Source: Rebecca billardiae RCC1528 (taxonomy: Eukaryota > Protista > Haptophyta). From it: 64,000 nucleotides of DNA. This document shows, one piece after another, positions 35,960-46,576 of the stretch. How positions within the stretch are numbered: position 1 is the stretch's first letter; every line of letters begins with the position of its first letter. Location: assembly GCA_965240325.2 (NCBI GenBank), contig OZ251230.1, forward strand, positions 248,001 to 312,000. Reading direction: 5' to 3'. Both the position numbers and the translations under genes were made by a program. The notes under the pieces are model-generated. The model searched no databases. It saw only the letters and a list, made by a program, of their open reading frames with translations, and was not told where the DNA came from.

Positions 35960-37172
35960 AAGATTATCATGGCCCGCCGCCAGTCCGGTTCAAAAGCAAT
36001 GCCCCCCCCCCCGAGAGGGGGGCATTGATTTGGGGAGCGTATATATATACGTGGGCACTGTGCGGCTGGGGGCCGGGAACGCCCTTGCGATACGCATGCT
36101 GTAACCGCTACGGCTAACATGCCGCTGCCCGCTACTCGGCGGACCGACCGATTCGGACGATTCGTGCAATCGTGGCGGGGCGGGGCCGGGCCCCGGGGGC
36201 AGAGTCGCGCCGCCCGGATCAGCTTAGTACTAAATTAAGTCGCGGCGGCCCGCGCGGCCCTTCCAACTCCTGAACAGCCGGGCTAAAGGGCAATGTGAGA
36301 TGGCGACTTTACAATTATACATGCATATGCATGCGCCATTGGCATTATCATGGCTCATGCACGGGCCGCGCGCGTTCTTAAGTAAATAATAAGACTTATT
36401 AGTTACAATAAATATTTATTAATTTAATGAAATGGCGGCGGGCCGTTTTATTTAAAATGGCAGTACCGCCGCTGAGGAGTGAGGCCCCCGCGGCCCCCGC
36501 GCCGGCGCCGGCCCGCCGGGCGGCCCGGGCCGGGTCTCGCGAGCGGAATCCGCTCACCAGCGTCCAGCTGTGTCCGCGTCGGCCGCTCGGCCTCAGCAGC
36601 CTCGGCTCACTCACTCCGACTGCTGGCTCCGGGGCTGACCGTGATGACGATGTCGTCCTGAGAGTGAGACGTCACGGCGCGGCATATGAAATGCGTAGTA
36701 CTTACAAATAATATACGACATATAACCATTTTAATCGTAGTAGTCTTAGTTAGTAGCTACGGTAGTTGGCAGTTATTATAATATTATTAAGTAGTACGGT
36801 AGCCAGTAATACTACCTAGCCGTAGTAATAAATAATGACATATATATATATATATATAAGCCGAACTGACCGTGATGGCGCGGGGTCGGGCTCGCATGCT
36901 AGTTATTTTGCTGCGTCGGTGCCGTGCTTCTCTGACCAGTCCCGGCGGAACAGACCGTGTGGCATGTAGCTTGCGCCCGTATGGCGCGTCAATGGTCAGC
37001 CGCGACTAGTGTGATTAGTGCTTGAAGGCGGGCGTGATCAGGGCCAGCACGTGTAGCTCCGGCCGGCTGCCACAGCAGGCGGCACAAACACCACCGCTCA
37101 CTGAAACCATCATACGCAGCTCAGGTGGGCCCACTGCTGGGCTCGTCAGGCCAGCTGCGCAACCTCTCAAGC

Positions 37173-37528
37173 TCACGACATCGACGGCACTTTGACGACC
37201 ATCGCGCCCGAGTTCACTGCGTAGCCCACCATGGCAGCCAGTGTGCCGAACTGCGCCAGCACACGTGCACGCATCATGTGTTGTGCAAGGATTTTGTTGC
37301 CTCGCTTGAAGGCAGCCAGACCACCACACAGCACCAGAGCCGTTGTCAACGCACCTGCGGTCGAGGTCACGCGCAGCGCGCGGGATACTCAGGCGTGTGT
37401 GTGTATGCACTGCGGCGCACTGCTGTGCATGACGCGGGCGCACCGATGGGCACGAGAGGCTGCTCCTTGCACTTGTCCATGAATGATTGCCTCGGAGGTG
37501 GCAGCCCCTCGCGCGTCGAAGTGCTCAT
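37173..37528 (-). CDS. HIG1 domain protein (Rcf1/HIGD-like)
   Basis: KCKEQPLVPIG-ALTT...MMRARVLAQ. Intron 37443-37355. Confidence 0.9.
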
Positions 37529-37798
37529 GGTTGTTGGAGGGTTTGCGTGCGTCCCCCGGCGGCAGCAGGAGCAAGTCGTCGTAGATTCTCGCCGCCACCG
37601 AACCGGCAGGTGGGCGCGTGAATAAAATTGGAAACTGATCACGAAACAAGTGTCTGGAAAAACACCCCGGTAGAATCACGATGGCGGGTGTCCGAAGCTT
37701 GCCGTGCCAGTGCACGTGGCCCGGAGGCCCGCAACCACTGCGGCTCGAGCAGGAACACGCCCCTGTGAGGACAGCCGCGTTCACCCGAGATCAGAGCC

Positions 37799-38370
37799 AT
37801 GGCTGATGACGGCGAGAAGCCCGATGCGGAGGAGACCGAGGAGACCACGGCGCCGGTCGAAGTGTATGCGCCACGCACCCTCGTGTCCACTCGCAAGAGC
37901 TGCGCACTCCTGCGCGCATGCGCGCTCGCGCTCTAGTGAGTCTGCTGACATGCGGCGCGCGTTCCGCATTGCCTGTGTGTGCGCGCAGCGCGGCTGAGGA
38001 GGAGCCGATGGACATCGAGGCAGCGCTGAAGAGCGTGCTGAAGAGCGCCCTCTGCCACGACGGCCTCGCGCGCGGCCTGCACGAGGCAGCCAAGGCCCTC
38101 GAGAAGAAGTCGGCTAAGCTGTGCGTCCTCGCGCAGTCGTGTGACGAGGCGGCGTACACCAAGCTTGTCGAGGCGCTCTGCGCTGAGCACAACGTCAACC
38201 TTATGAAGGTGGCGGATGGCAAGGAGCTCGGCGAGTGGGCCGGCCTGTGCAAGGTCGACCCCGAGGGCAATGCGCGCAAGGTTGTCAACTGCTCGTGCGT
38301 CGTTGTCAAGGAGTGGGGCGAGGAGAGCCGGGCACTGACGATGCTGCTCGATTACTTCAAGAAGAAGTGA
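37799..38370 (+). CDS. RPS12: 40S ribosomal protein S12 (eS12)
   Basis: [47 protein letters not shown]. Intron 37864-37988. Confidence 0.97.
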
Positions 38371-40032
38371 GCGTGTCGCGTGCGCTTTGGCAACGTCATC
38401 ATCGCGGGCCCTGGGCCGCCGTCCCGCGCCGGAGTCTAGTCGGGTCACCGGGACTCCGGGAGTGCGGGACGGCAGAGCCAGTGAGCCCAGCGGCACTCCC
38501 GCGGCCGCAGCGGCCCGCACGAACTTCGTCGCGTTACCACACTTCGTCTGCGGCCACAATGCTGATGGCATGACTGAGTCAGTGACCGCGCGGTTGCCAG
38601 CTGTCACTCGTCAGTCCGATACAGACCGTTAGTTACTTAGTTCGTCGTGCCGGCTAGCCCCGGAGGCTGGCCGTGACTCGTGAGCGGGCCGAGCGGCCGG
38701 CGTCGCCCGCGCGGTGCCCGCAGCGGCCCAGCGCGGCCGGGACCGCGGCCCGGACAGATTCGGGTCCGACCGGCCACCGGGCGCGACCCGCACCGTCGCG
38801 GCGCCGCGCGGGCCCGCGGGCCCCCGCCCCCGACGCGCGCGGGGCGCGGACGCCGACGCGGCGGACGGTACCGACTACCGAGTGGCCGCGCGGCGGCCCG
38901 CGCGCGACTTAGCACGAGGGCACGGCGGACGGCCGGCGGGCCGCGCTGGTCTGGCGGGGCGGCCGGGGCCGACCGACGACGGTGTGACGACCGTGCACCC
39001 TGCGCGGTCGCGGACTGGCGACCCGGTGATGGAGGATTTATATTTTATATTCCGCGAGGAAGTCCGGCAGCGGCGCAGGACGCGCAGGTCACCGCGGCGC
39101 ATCACTCATCAGTGAAGCCGCATCAGGTAAGTCAGTCCGCGCCGGTCACGGTGCAGCCAGCGCTAGCTAGACTCCTGGTAGTTACTATGTCAGCTACTTA
39201 CTGTCACTGTCAGTAAAGACTTACTGTCTACGCTGACGACTTGACGAGGCCCCGCGCCGCATCATTATATTTGGCTCGGCTGAGACTGTCGACGGTGATG
39301 AAGCCTCTCATCTGTAGACCTGTCTGACTGACCGTCTTGACTTACCGCAGTGTAACTCTGAGTCTGACTGACACTCACTCACTGTCATTCCGGCTCCGCC
39401 GCGGCTGAGGCTGCGTGACCCGCTGCGTGACACGGGCGTAGGCGGCGGACCACTGCGGCCTCCGTGATCGGCGGCATCGGGCGCATCGGCTGAGTGCGAT
39501 CAGTCCGGGCCGCGCTCCGGGGACCGACTGATGGCGTGAAACTCAAACTGCAATCTGCATAGCATGATGATCATGACGATGTCGCGATCGATGATATTAG
39601 ATGATGCTGCGCTGATTATATTCGTCATCATCATTTCGGATTAATGACCGCGGGACGCCATCAATCATCAAGAGCCGTTAATTGTTATTATTTAATTACA
39701 TATATATATACGGGCGGGCGCGCGGATCGGGCGATCGCCGGCGGTGACTCACTGATTGTCCGTGGCGGGCCGGTCACGGCCCGACAGCGGGCCGCGACTC
39801 ACTCACTCACAGTCACAGTGGCAGGCCCGACAGTCGACACTTGACTGTCTCGACAGCCACAGGGACGCTGCCGACCAAGATTATCAGCGCAATTGAATCC
39901 ACCACTTCGGCCCATGGCCCGTGCTGAGCAGAGCGCTGTGCACGAGAGAGCATGCCTGATTGCGGTTGTGAGTGCGGCCCGCAATCGGAAGCTCCAAATG
40001 TGTTCAGCGCGAGCTGCTCTTTCGCTCCCGGC

Positions 40033-40638
40033 TCACGAGCCTGCCGCACTGCCCGCAAAGTCGTCGGTAGCCATCGCGTCTGCGCTCCCCTTGTGCTGCG
40101 CGTTCACACTGGCCAGACGGCGCTCGAGCTGGTCGTACGCGTACTGCATGACTGCCATCGGTCGATGCACCGCCTCCGCGTTGGCATACCCCTCGCTCGT
40201 CTTCATCGCATGCTCAACAGCGCTATCGACGACGTCCACCACCGTGCGCGTCAGCTCGAAGCGGCCACACTCGTCGTGCACGATCTTCCCTTCCATGCGC
40301 GCGTGGTCCTTGGAGAGCCGACCTACGATGCCCACCATCTCCGCATTGCGTGGCCTATGGATCCATACGCTGGCGTCGAGTTGCAAGTCCCCAGCCTGCC
40401 CCGGCTCGTCGCCCTCCTCCACGATGAACGCGCCGTGTGTGCCCGAGTGCGGATAGACGAAGTGGAACACCGCGCGTATCCGCGCGGTTTCGATCACGTG
40501 AAGGAGGAGCCACGCTGGCACGTGCGCGCATGTGTAGTTGCCTGCCCAGACTTGCCCACTTCCGAAAGCGCCGCGCTCCTGCGGCGTGATAGACGACACC
40601 GCGGCCAATGCCAGACAGCGGGCTGCCGCCATGCTCAT
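40033..40638 (-). CDS. Hypothetical, probably secreted protein
   Basis: 201-aa ATG ORF with signal-like N-terminus and a beta-rich WAGNYTC...AVFHFVYP core. Confidence 0.6.
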   Translation of the reverse strand: MSMAAARCLALAAVSSITPQERGAFGSGQVWAGNYTCAHVPAWLLLHVIETARIRAVFHFVYPHSGTHGAFIVEEGDEPGQAGDLQLDASVWIHRPRNAEMVGIVGRLSKDHARMEGKIVHDECGRFELTRTVVDVVDSAVEHAMKTSEGYANAEAVHRPMAVMQYAYDQLERRLASVNAQHKGSADAMATDDFAGSAAGS

Positions 40639-40757
40639 GCGCTCCGCTCCACGCGGTCACGGACAACGGGACCAAACGGAAAATAATAAGGAAAAGTAGC
40701 GCAGTGAAACTCCCGGTGCGTGAAAGACTGATGAAACAAGGGCGGTGGATGAAATAA

Positions 40758-40799
40758 GTAATCTCGCCTGCCTGACGAGCTGTGTGCGTCTCTTATTCT
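40758..40799 (+). repeat. Dispersed repeat B copy with a 3-nt insertion
   Basis: GCCTGACGAGCTG here versus GCCTGAGCTG in the other copies. Confidence 0.88.
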
Positions 40800-40996
40800 C
40801 GGGAGAAGGCCATAGACTCTGCACAGCATACCATAAGATCTAGTAGTACAGTGCGAACGCCCCCCCGACAGCCTGTCCCCCAAGGAGCCCGCTTCTCGTT
40901 ACCGTACTAGCTGACGCCTTGCAACTCGTCGGACTGAAGCACGGTACAGTGCTGTACGTGGCAGCCTGCCCGCTCACACTGACTCACACTTCACAG

Positions 40997-42379
40997 TCAC
41001 ACCGCCGCTGCTGCGCCGCCGCCGCTACTGCCGCCGCCGCCTTCGGGCGGGTGCAAGAGGACGCGCCCGTCGTCGTCGAGCATGAGCCCAAGCGCCGCGC
41101 ACTCGGCCGCGCATCGCTCGTAGTAGCCCGGGTCGGGCCAGCCGTACCGCTCCGTGCCGCCCGCGCGGCTGGTCTTGTGGTGGATGGCCCACGTGACGGT
41201 GTTGGCGCGGCCGGTGGTGATCGACGTGGCGATCTTGAAGGTGAGGCCGCGCTGGAACGCCTCCTTGAGCAGGCGGAGCGTGCGGCGGCCGTCGGCGGTA
41301 TTGGGCAGGTAGCACTCGCGCTGCGTGCCGTGGTACGGCGCGCCGGGCTGCGGGTGCTGCGGCCCCTGCCGCCCGCTCGCGAAGTCGTACCGGATGACAA
41401 TCGTGCCCGCGCCCGCGTTGCCCTCGCACGGGAACGGGTCGCGCGACACCGCCATCGAGCCCGTCGGCTGCGCGCCGGGGAGCGCGAACTTGTAGTGGCA
41501 GAGCGGGCACTGCGGCTTGTTCACCAGCGCGCGCTCGGTCGTGCTCTGGTTGAAGATGCAGCCGCAGCTCAGCTTCACCACCGGGTCGTCCGCGTCTGCG
41601 CCGTACTCGCAGCACGTGATCGGGCACTCGGCCGCCGGGTCGTACCCGTCGCCCGGCCGCAGCAGCCGCCAGTCGGTCATGAGCGCGATGTCGAGCTGGC
41701 CCTCGTGCGATTCGAAGAAGATCTCCTCGTCGATCCGGTCCTCCGCGTCCATCGCGTCGTCGCCGCCCACGCGGCCGCGTGGCGTGCGCGTCGCCTTGGG
41801 AGGCGGCGCCGGCTGCGCGCCCCCGCGCTTGCGCGACGAGCGGCGCGCGGGCGGCGCCGCGTGCGGCGCGGCGGCGGCGGCGGCGGTGTTCGGCGGGCCG
41901 GCCGTGCCGACGGCTCTGTGGATCTGCCGGCGGAACTGCGTGCGCACGTTCTGCTGCGACATGCGCACAAAGTCGATCACGTACTTCTGCCCGCCCACCA
42001 TCAGCCCAGTGACGCTGCGGTTCGCACGGTGCGCGAGCTCGAGCTGCTGCGCCGCCTGCTCGTCGTACGCCGTCCAGCCGAGGGCCGAGCCGCCATCCCA
42101 CCACCACGCCGCCGTGCCGCGCATGGCCGCCGTCGGCTCTCGGCGCACCGCGCGGGAGAAGTTGGTCGAGAGGTTGATCTGCTCCATCGTGTTCAGATCG
42201 ATCCGGTAGCGCGTGCGCTGCGGGCCGAGCTGCACCTCGACGGCCGGCGTGCGGCTCGTGGTGAGCGCGCGCTCGAGCTGCGCGCTCAGTTCCTCATCGT
42301 ACGCCGTCCACGTGTCGGGGAACTGGTGCCACGACCATTGCGCGGCGGCGGACGAGCCCGCGCGCTGGTGGGCGGGCAT
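40997..42379 (-). CDS. DTX: Deltex-family E3 ligase (WWE-WWE-RING-like-DTC)
   Basis: Two WWE repeats (W..YD....QLE...Y.ID...M.Q.N..T.F.R...R), QCPLC, and DTC motifs QPTGSM, HPQPG, YLPN, IHHKT, GWPDPGY. Confidence 0.92.
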   Translation of the reverse strand: MPAHQRAGSSAAAQWSWHQFPDTWTAYDEELSAQLERALTTSRTPAVEVQLGPQRTRYRIDLNTMEQINLSTNFSRAVRREPTAAMRGTAAWWWDGGSALGWTAYDEQAAQQLELAHRANRSVTGLMVGGQKYVIDFVRMSQQNVRTQFRRQIHRAVGTAGPPNTAAAAAAPHAAPPARRSSRKRGGAQPAPPPKATRTPRGRVGGDDAMDAEDRIDEEIFFESHEGQLDIALMTDWRLLRPGDGYDPAAECPITCCEYGADADDPVVKLSCGCIFNQSTTERALVNKPQCPLCHYKFALPGAQPTGSMAVSRDPFPCEGNAGAGTIVIRYDFASGRQGPQHPQPGAPYHGTQRECYLPNTADGRRTLRLLKEAFQRGLTFKIATSITTGRANTVTWAIHHKTSRAGGTERYGWPDPGYYERCAAECAALGLMLDDDGRVLLHPPEGGGGSSGGGAAAAV

Positions 42380-42731
42380 CTTGGGCAGCGGCTGCTGGCG
42401 AACATTGACTGTGAATGTTCTCCGCCCCGCGCGTGGACCTGGAGCAGTGGAGCGTGGGAAGACCGCGTCAAATGACGGACCGCCTCACGGACGCCATTAT
42501 TCTGCTGTGGAGTCGATCGCAGCTGCCGACCGGAGTGCCGGCGGACGGCGACCAGTCCAGGGCGGGAGCTTCAACCGCGCAGGCGGCCCGGCTACGAACA
42601 GCCCCCGGCCGAGCAGCGTGAGCTCTCGCGGCTCCTCCTTCCGGGGTGGGCCCTCGAGCGCGGCGAGCCCAGGCTGCTCGTCGCCCGGCGGAGCGGCGGC
42701 GGCCTTGTGGGCCAAGCAGACGGCTCCGGCG

Positions 42732-45700
42732 ATGCCGGCGATCCCGCGCGCAAAATCCCACCCTGAGGGCCTTGGCGCCGAGGTTGCGTCGCAATGGCAG
42801 GCGCTTGCCGACCGTGTCTCGCCCGACGGCCCGCGCGCGCCCTCGAAGGCCAACTCGGGCTCGACGCTCGCGGTCGAGGCGGGCGAGGCTATGGTGCCGC
42901 TCACGGCTCGCACGCGCTCGGTGGTGTCGTCCGCGTCCGCGTCGTCCATCCCCGTCGACCTCGCGTGGTCGTCGGGCGAGCTGACGCGCGCGGTCGCCGA
43001 CTCGTCCGACCGCATGTTCCGCGACGCCGTCACCGGCCTCCTCGACGGCGTCGGCGTCGACGGCGAGGTGTGCAAGGCGGAGGCGGCCGAGTCGATCGCG
43101 CGGCTCTGCTTCCGCTCGTGCGAGGACCGCGAGGCGAACCAGTACCGCGCGATCACGTCAGGCATCGCGCCGCCGCTCGTCGCGATGCTGCAGGGCTTCG
43201 CGCGCGAGGGCGGCGCGCCCGCCGCCGCGAGCGCCGCGCGCGCGCTCTCGCAGATGTGCGAGAAGTGCCCGCTGGGCGCGATGGTGGTCGCGCAGTCGGG
43301 CGCGATCGAGGAGGGCCACCACATCGTGCGCTCGCTGCGCAACTCGGCGCCGCACAGGCGGGCGAAGGAGGAGTGCTGGCGGCTGCTGCACAACGTCGCC
43401 GACGCGAACGCCGTCACGCACGAGCGCATGTGCGACGCGGGCATCGTCTCGGACGCGCTCACCCTGCTCGCGCAGGCGCCGCGCGAGCGCACCGTGCGCG
43501 AGCTGCTCATCTCCTTCCTGTGCGCACTCTCGTACAACGACAACAACAGGGCGCGGCTCGAGCCCGCGGTGCCGCTGCTCGTCGCCGAGCTGCACGGCGG
43601 CGGCGGGGGCGGGGGCGGCGGCGCCGCCGCCGCTGCCGCCGGCTGCCCCTCGCCGCGCGCGCTCGCGTCGGCCGCGTCGGCCGCCGAGCGCGCGGGCGCG
43701 GAGCGGTGCGCGGGCGGCGCCGCGCCCACCGCGCGCTCGACGGCGGCCGAGGTGCACGCGACGATCGCGCTGGCGAACCTGATCGGGCCGAGCGAGGCGG
43801 ACACCGACGGGGGCTTCCCGCTCGGCTCGCCCACGCCCTCCGAGTCCGGCTCCACCGCCTCCGAGCGCGCCGAGCTGCTGGTGGGCACGGCGCGCATGGA
43901 GCGTCTCGTGCGCATCCTGCAGTCGTCGACCGCGGGGCGCAAGGACCTGCGCTCTCAGCTCCACCTCGAGATCTGGAAGTGCGCCGCGGCCATCGCGCAC
44001 CTGGCCGTCGCGGATCGTGCGCGCCGCGCGCCGGCCGCGCCGCAGCGCAGCGCGGCGCCGCCGTGCCGCCCTCTCGCCGCGCGTGCGCCGCCCCGGCCCG
44101 CGCCGCGCCGCGCCGCGCCGCGCCGCGCCGCTCACGCGCGCCGCGCGCGCTGGCGCCGCGCCGCGCGCGCAGCGAACAAGGCGAGGCTGCGCAAGGTGGG
44201 CGCGCCGGCGGCGCTGGTCTCGGCGCTACGGCGCTGCCTCGAGCAGCACGACGCGCTCGGGCAGGAGCGCTGCGCCGAGGCGCTCTGGAACCTCGCCTTC
44301 GACGCCGAGAACCGCGCGCTGCTCACCGGGCGCGCGGGCGCGGCCGCGGGCGGCGACGGCGCGGCGGGCGGCGCGCTCGCGGCGCTCCGGGCATGCGCCG
44401 CGGAGGGCTCGAGCGAGCAGGCGCGGGACAAGGCGAAGGGCGCGCTCTTCGTCCTCGCCGGCGAGATCGGCGACTCGCTCGCCGCGTTGGACGTCCTCGC
44501 GAACGGCCGTGCCGTCAGGGCGGGCGGCGGCGGCGGCGGCGGCGGCGGCGGGGACGGCGGCGGTGGCGGCGCGAGCGGTGGCGGCATCAGACGACGCGCG
44601 AGCGACGGAGGCGGCGGCGCCGGCTGGGCCCCGCTCGTCCCAGCCTCGCCCGCCAAGCCGCTCGCGCTGGGCCCGCCGGAGTACACGGCGACGTGGCCCC
44701 CGCCGCACCGCGCGCGCGGCGGCGCCGCGTGCGCGGACTCCAGTGACCCGCTTGCTTGCGGCCCGGCGCGCGCCCGCGCCGCCGCCGCCGGCCGGCGGCT
44801 GGGTCGGCCGCGCGCCGCGTCGGACGATGGCTCCGCGCTGGGGGCGCCGCTCGTCGCCGCGGGGGCGGAGGCGGAGGCGTCCGAGCCGGGCGGCGCGGCG
44901 GGGCGTCGCGCCGCCGCCGAGTGCGTCGAGCTCGCGGGCGCAGCGGAGCAGGGCCCGTGCCGCGCCCTCGTCCCTCGCGCGTGCGGCAGCCTGACGCCCG
45001 ACGCGGCGCGCGCGCCCGCGCGTGGGGCGCGCGCGCCGCCCGGCGCGCACAAGGGCGCGCACGTGATGATCTCGTGCGCGCAGCGCCGCGCGCCGTGCGC
45101 GCGGCACGCACGCCGCCCGGCATCGCGCGCGCCTGGCCTCCTTGCGCCCGCGCTCATCCCGCGCGCGCCCCCGGCCCGCGCGCCCCGCAGCTACTGCCAC
45201 GCGCAGAAGGGCCAGGTGGGCCGCATCCGCGACCAGCTGCTCGCCGCCGGGTACGCCACCTGGATCGACGAGCGCGACATGCGCGGCTCGTGCCTCGAGG
45301 CGATGGCGCGCGCGGTGGAGGAGGCGGCGGTGGTGCTCGTGTGCGTCTCGCGCGAGTACAAGGAGTCGCAGGCGTGCCGCACCGAGGCGGAGTACGCGTA
45401 CAAGCTGCGGCGGGACGTGGTGCCCCTCATGCTGTGCGACGCGTGGGTGCCGGACGGCTGGCTTGGCGCAATGCTCGGCACCAAGCTGTGGTTCAACTTC
45501 TCGCCGAGGGCGCGGGGGCAGGAGGCGACCGAGCTGCTCAAGCTGGTCGCGGAGCTCGGCCCGAGGGGGCTCGAGGCGAGCCAGCGCACACGCAGGCTGA
45601 TGCCGAGCGCCGGCGGCACCGCCGGCGGTGGCGGCGCCGGCCGCGCCGGCCGCGCGGCCGCGGCGCGGGAGGCTGGCGCGGTCGCCGCGCCGCCGCCGCC

Positions 45701-46328
45701 CGCCGCGCTCGAGCTGGCGGCCGAGGCACGCGCCGAGCTGGGCGCGGGCTCGGCGGCGCAGTCGGGCGCGCGCACCTCGCCGGCCCCGCGCTCCGCCGTG
45801 TCGCGCGCGCTCCTCTTCGCCGCGGACAGCGCCGCGCGCGCCGCGCCGGACCGGATCGGCGAGGCCGGCGCGCCGCCTGCCCGAGCCGCCGCCGGCGCGC
45901 CGCCTCGGCCGGAGGCGCGCCCGGCACCGACCCGGCCGGGCGCCGCGCCGCCGGCGGCGAGCCGCGCGGCGGATGTGCCGACGCACTCGAGCGCACCATC
46001 GCACGCCGCGCTGCCCGCCCCGCCGCCAGGCCCGGCGCCGGCGCGCGCGCTGAGCTGGGACGCCGATGCCGTGTGCCACTGGCTGCAGAGCGCCGCACGG
46101 CTGAGCGCGGAGCAGACCGAGCTGATCGCTCGGCACGCGCTCGATGGGGAGGGCCTGGCGCACGTGGCGAGGCTCGACGACGGGGCGAAGAACGCCATCC
46201 TGCGCGACGACTTTCAGCTCGTGCGCGTCGGCGACCGCCTGCGGCTCTGGCGCGCGATCGATGCCCTCTTTGCCGGTGAAGGCACGAGCAGCAGTGGCGA
46301 CGTAGCCGATTGTCTGTCCGCCGACTAG
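42732..46328 (+). CDS. ARM-repeat / TIR / SAM protein (SARM1-like domain set)
   Basis: ARM-like helices (AEALWNLAFDAEN), spliced TIR HVMISYCH...WID...CRTEAEYA...DGWLG, SAM WDADAVCHWL...LDGEGL...VGDRLRL. Introns 44017-44172 and 45074-45190. Start codon uncertain (first in-frame ATG used). Confidence 0.88.
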   Translation: MPAIPRAKSHPEGLGAEVASQWQALADRVSPDGPRAPSKANSGSTLAVEAGEAMVPLTARTRSVVSSASASSIPVDLAWSSGELTRAVADSSDRMFRDAVTGLLDGVGVDGEVCKAEAAESIARLCFRSCEDREANQYRAITSGIAPPLVAMLQGFAREGGAPAAASAARALSQMCEKCPLGAMVVAQSGAIEEGHHIVRSLRNSAPHRRAKEECWRLLHNVADANAVTHERMCDAGIVSDALTLLAQAPRERTVRELLISFLCALSYNDNNRARLEPAVPLLVAELHGGGGGGGGGAAAAAAGCPSPRALASAASAAERAGAERCAGGAAPTARSTAAEVHATIALANLIGPSEADTDGGFPLGSPTPSESGSTASERAELLVGTARMERLVRILQSSTAGRKDLRSQLHLEIWKCAAAIAHLAVADRARRAPAAPQRSAAPPCRPLAARAPPRPAPRRAAPRRAAHARRARWRRAARAANKARLRKVGAPAALVSALRRCLEQHDALGQERCAEALWNLAFDAENRALLTGRAGAAAGGDGAAGGALAALRACAAEGSSEQARDKAKGALFVLAGEIGDSLAALDVLANGRAVRAGGGGGGGGGGDGGGGGASGGGIRRRASDGGGGAGWAPLVPASPAKPLALGPPEYTATWPPPHRARGGAACADSSDPLACGPARARAAAAGRRLGRPRAASDDGSALGAPLVAAGAEAEASEPGGAAGRRAAAECVELAGAAEQGPCRALVPRACGSLTPDAARAPARGARAPPGAHKGAHVMISCAQRRAPCARHARRPASRAPGLLAPALIPRAPPARAPRSYCHAQKGQVGRIRDQLLAAGYATWIDERDMRGSCLEAMARAVEEAAVVLVCVSREYKESQACRTEAEYAYKLRRDVVPLMLCDAWVPDGWLGAMLGTKLWFNFSPRARGQEATELLKLVAELGPRGLEASQRTRRLMPSAGGTAGGGGAGRAGRAAAAREAGAVAAPPPPAALELAAEARAELGAGSAAQSGARTSPAPRSAVSRALLFAADSAARAAPDRIGEAGAPPARAAAGAPPRPEARPAPTRPGAAPPAASRAADVPTHSSAPSHAALPAPPPGPAPARALSWDADAVCHWLQSAARLSAEQTELIARHALDGEGLAHVARLDDGAKNAILRDDFQLVRVGDRLRLWRAIDALFAGEGTSSSGDVADCLSAD

Positions 46329-46576
46329 TCATCTAGTGACTGACTGTTCACGACGCACGAGCGTGGCGGCAGAGCAGTCACTGATATCTCGAGCGTGAGC
46401 CGCGGACTGAGCATCACGATATTATTGCGCATCGCCACGTATACATCAGCGGCTGACGATGAAAAAAGCGCGATCGATGATGATGCGTGCGAATAACAAG
46501 TGCGCGTGTGTTTCGTCATCTTCCGCATATTTTCGATCGCGTACTCTCTCTCTCGCTGGTCTCTCTGCTCACACGG

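Noticed and set aside
40725-40800. Hammerhead ribozyme (CTGATGA...GAAA)
   Set aside because: Stems II and III do not pair.
31281-45190. Enrichment of in-frame (3n) introns
   Set aside because: 6 of 21 inferred introns are 3n, about the chance expectation.
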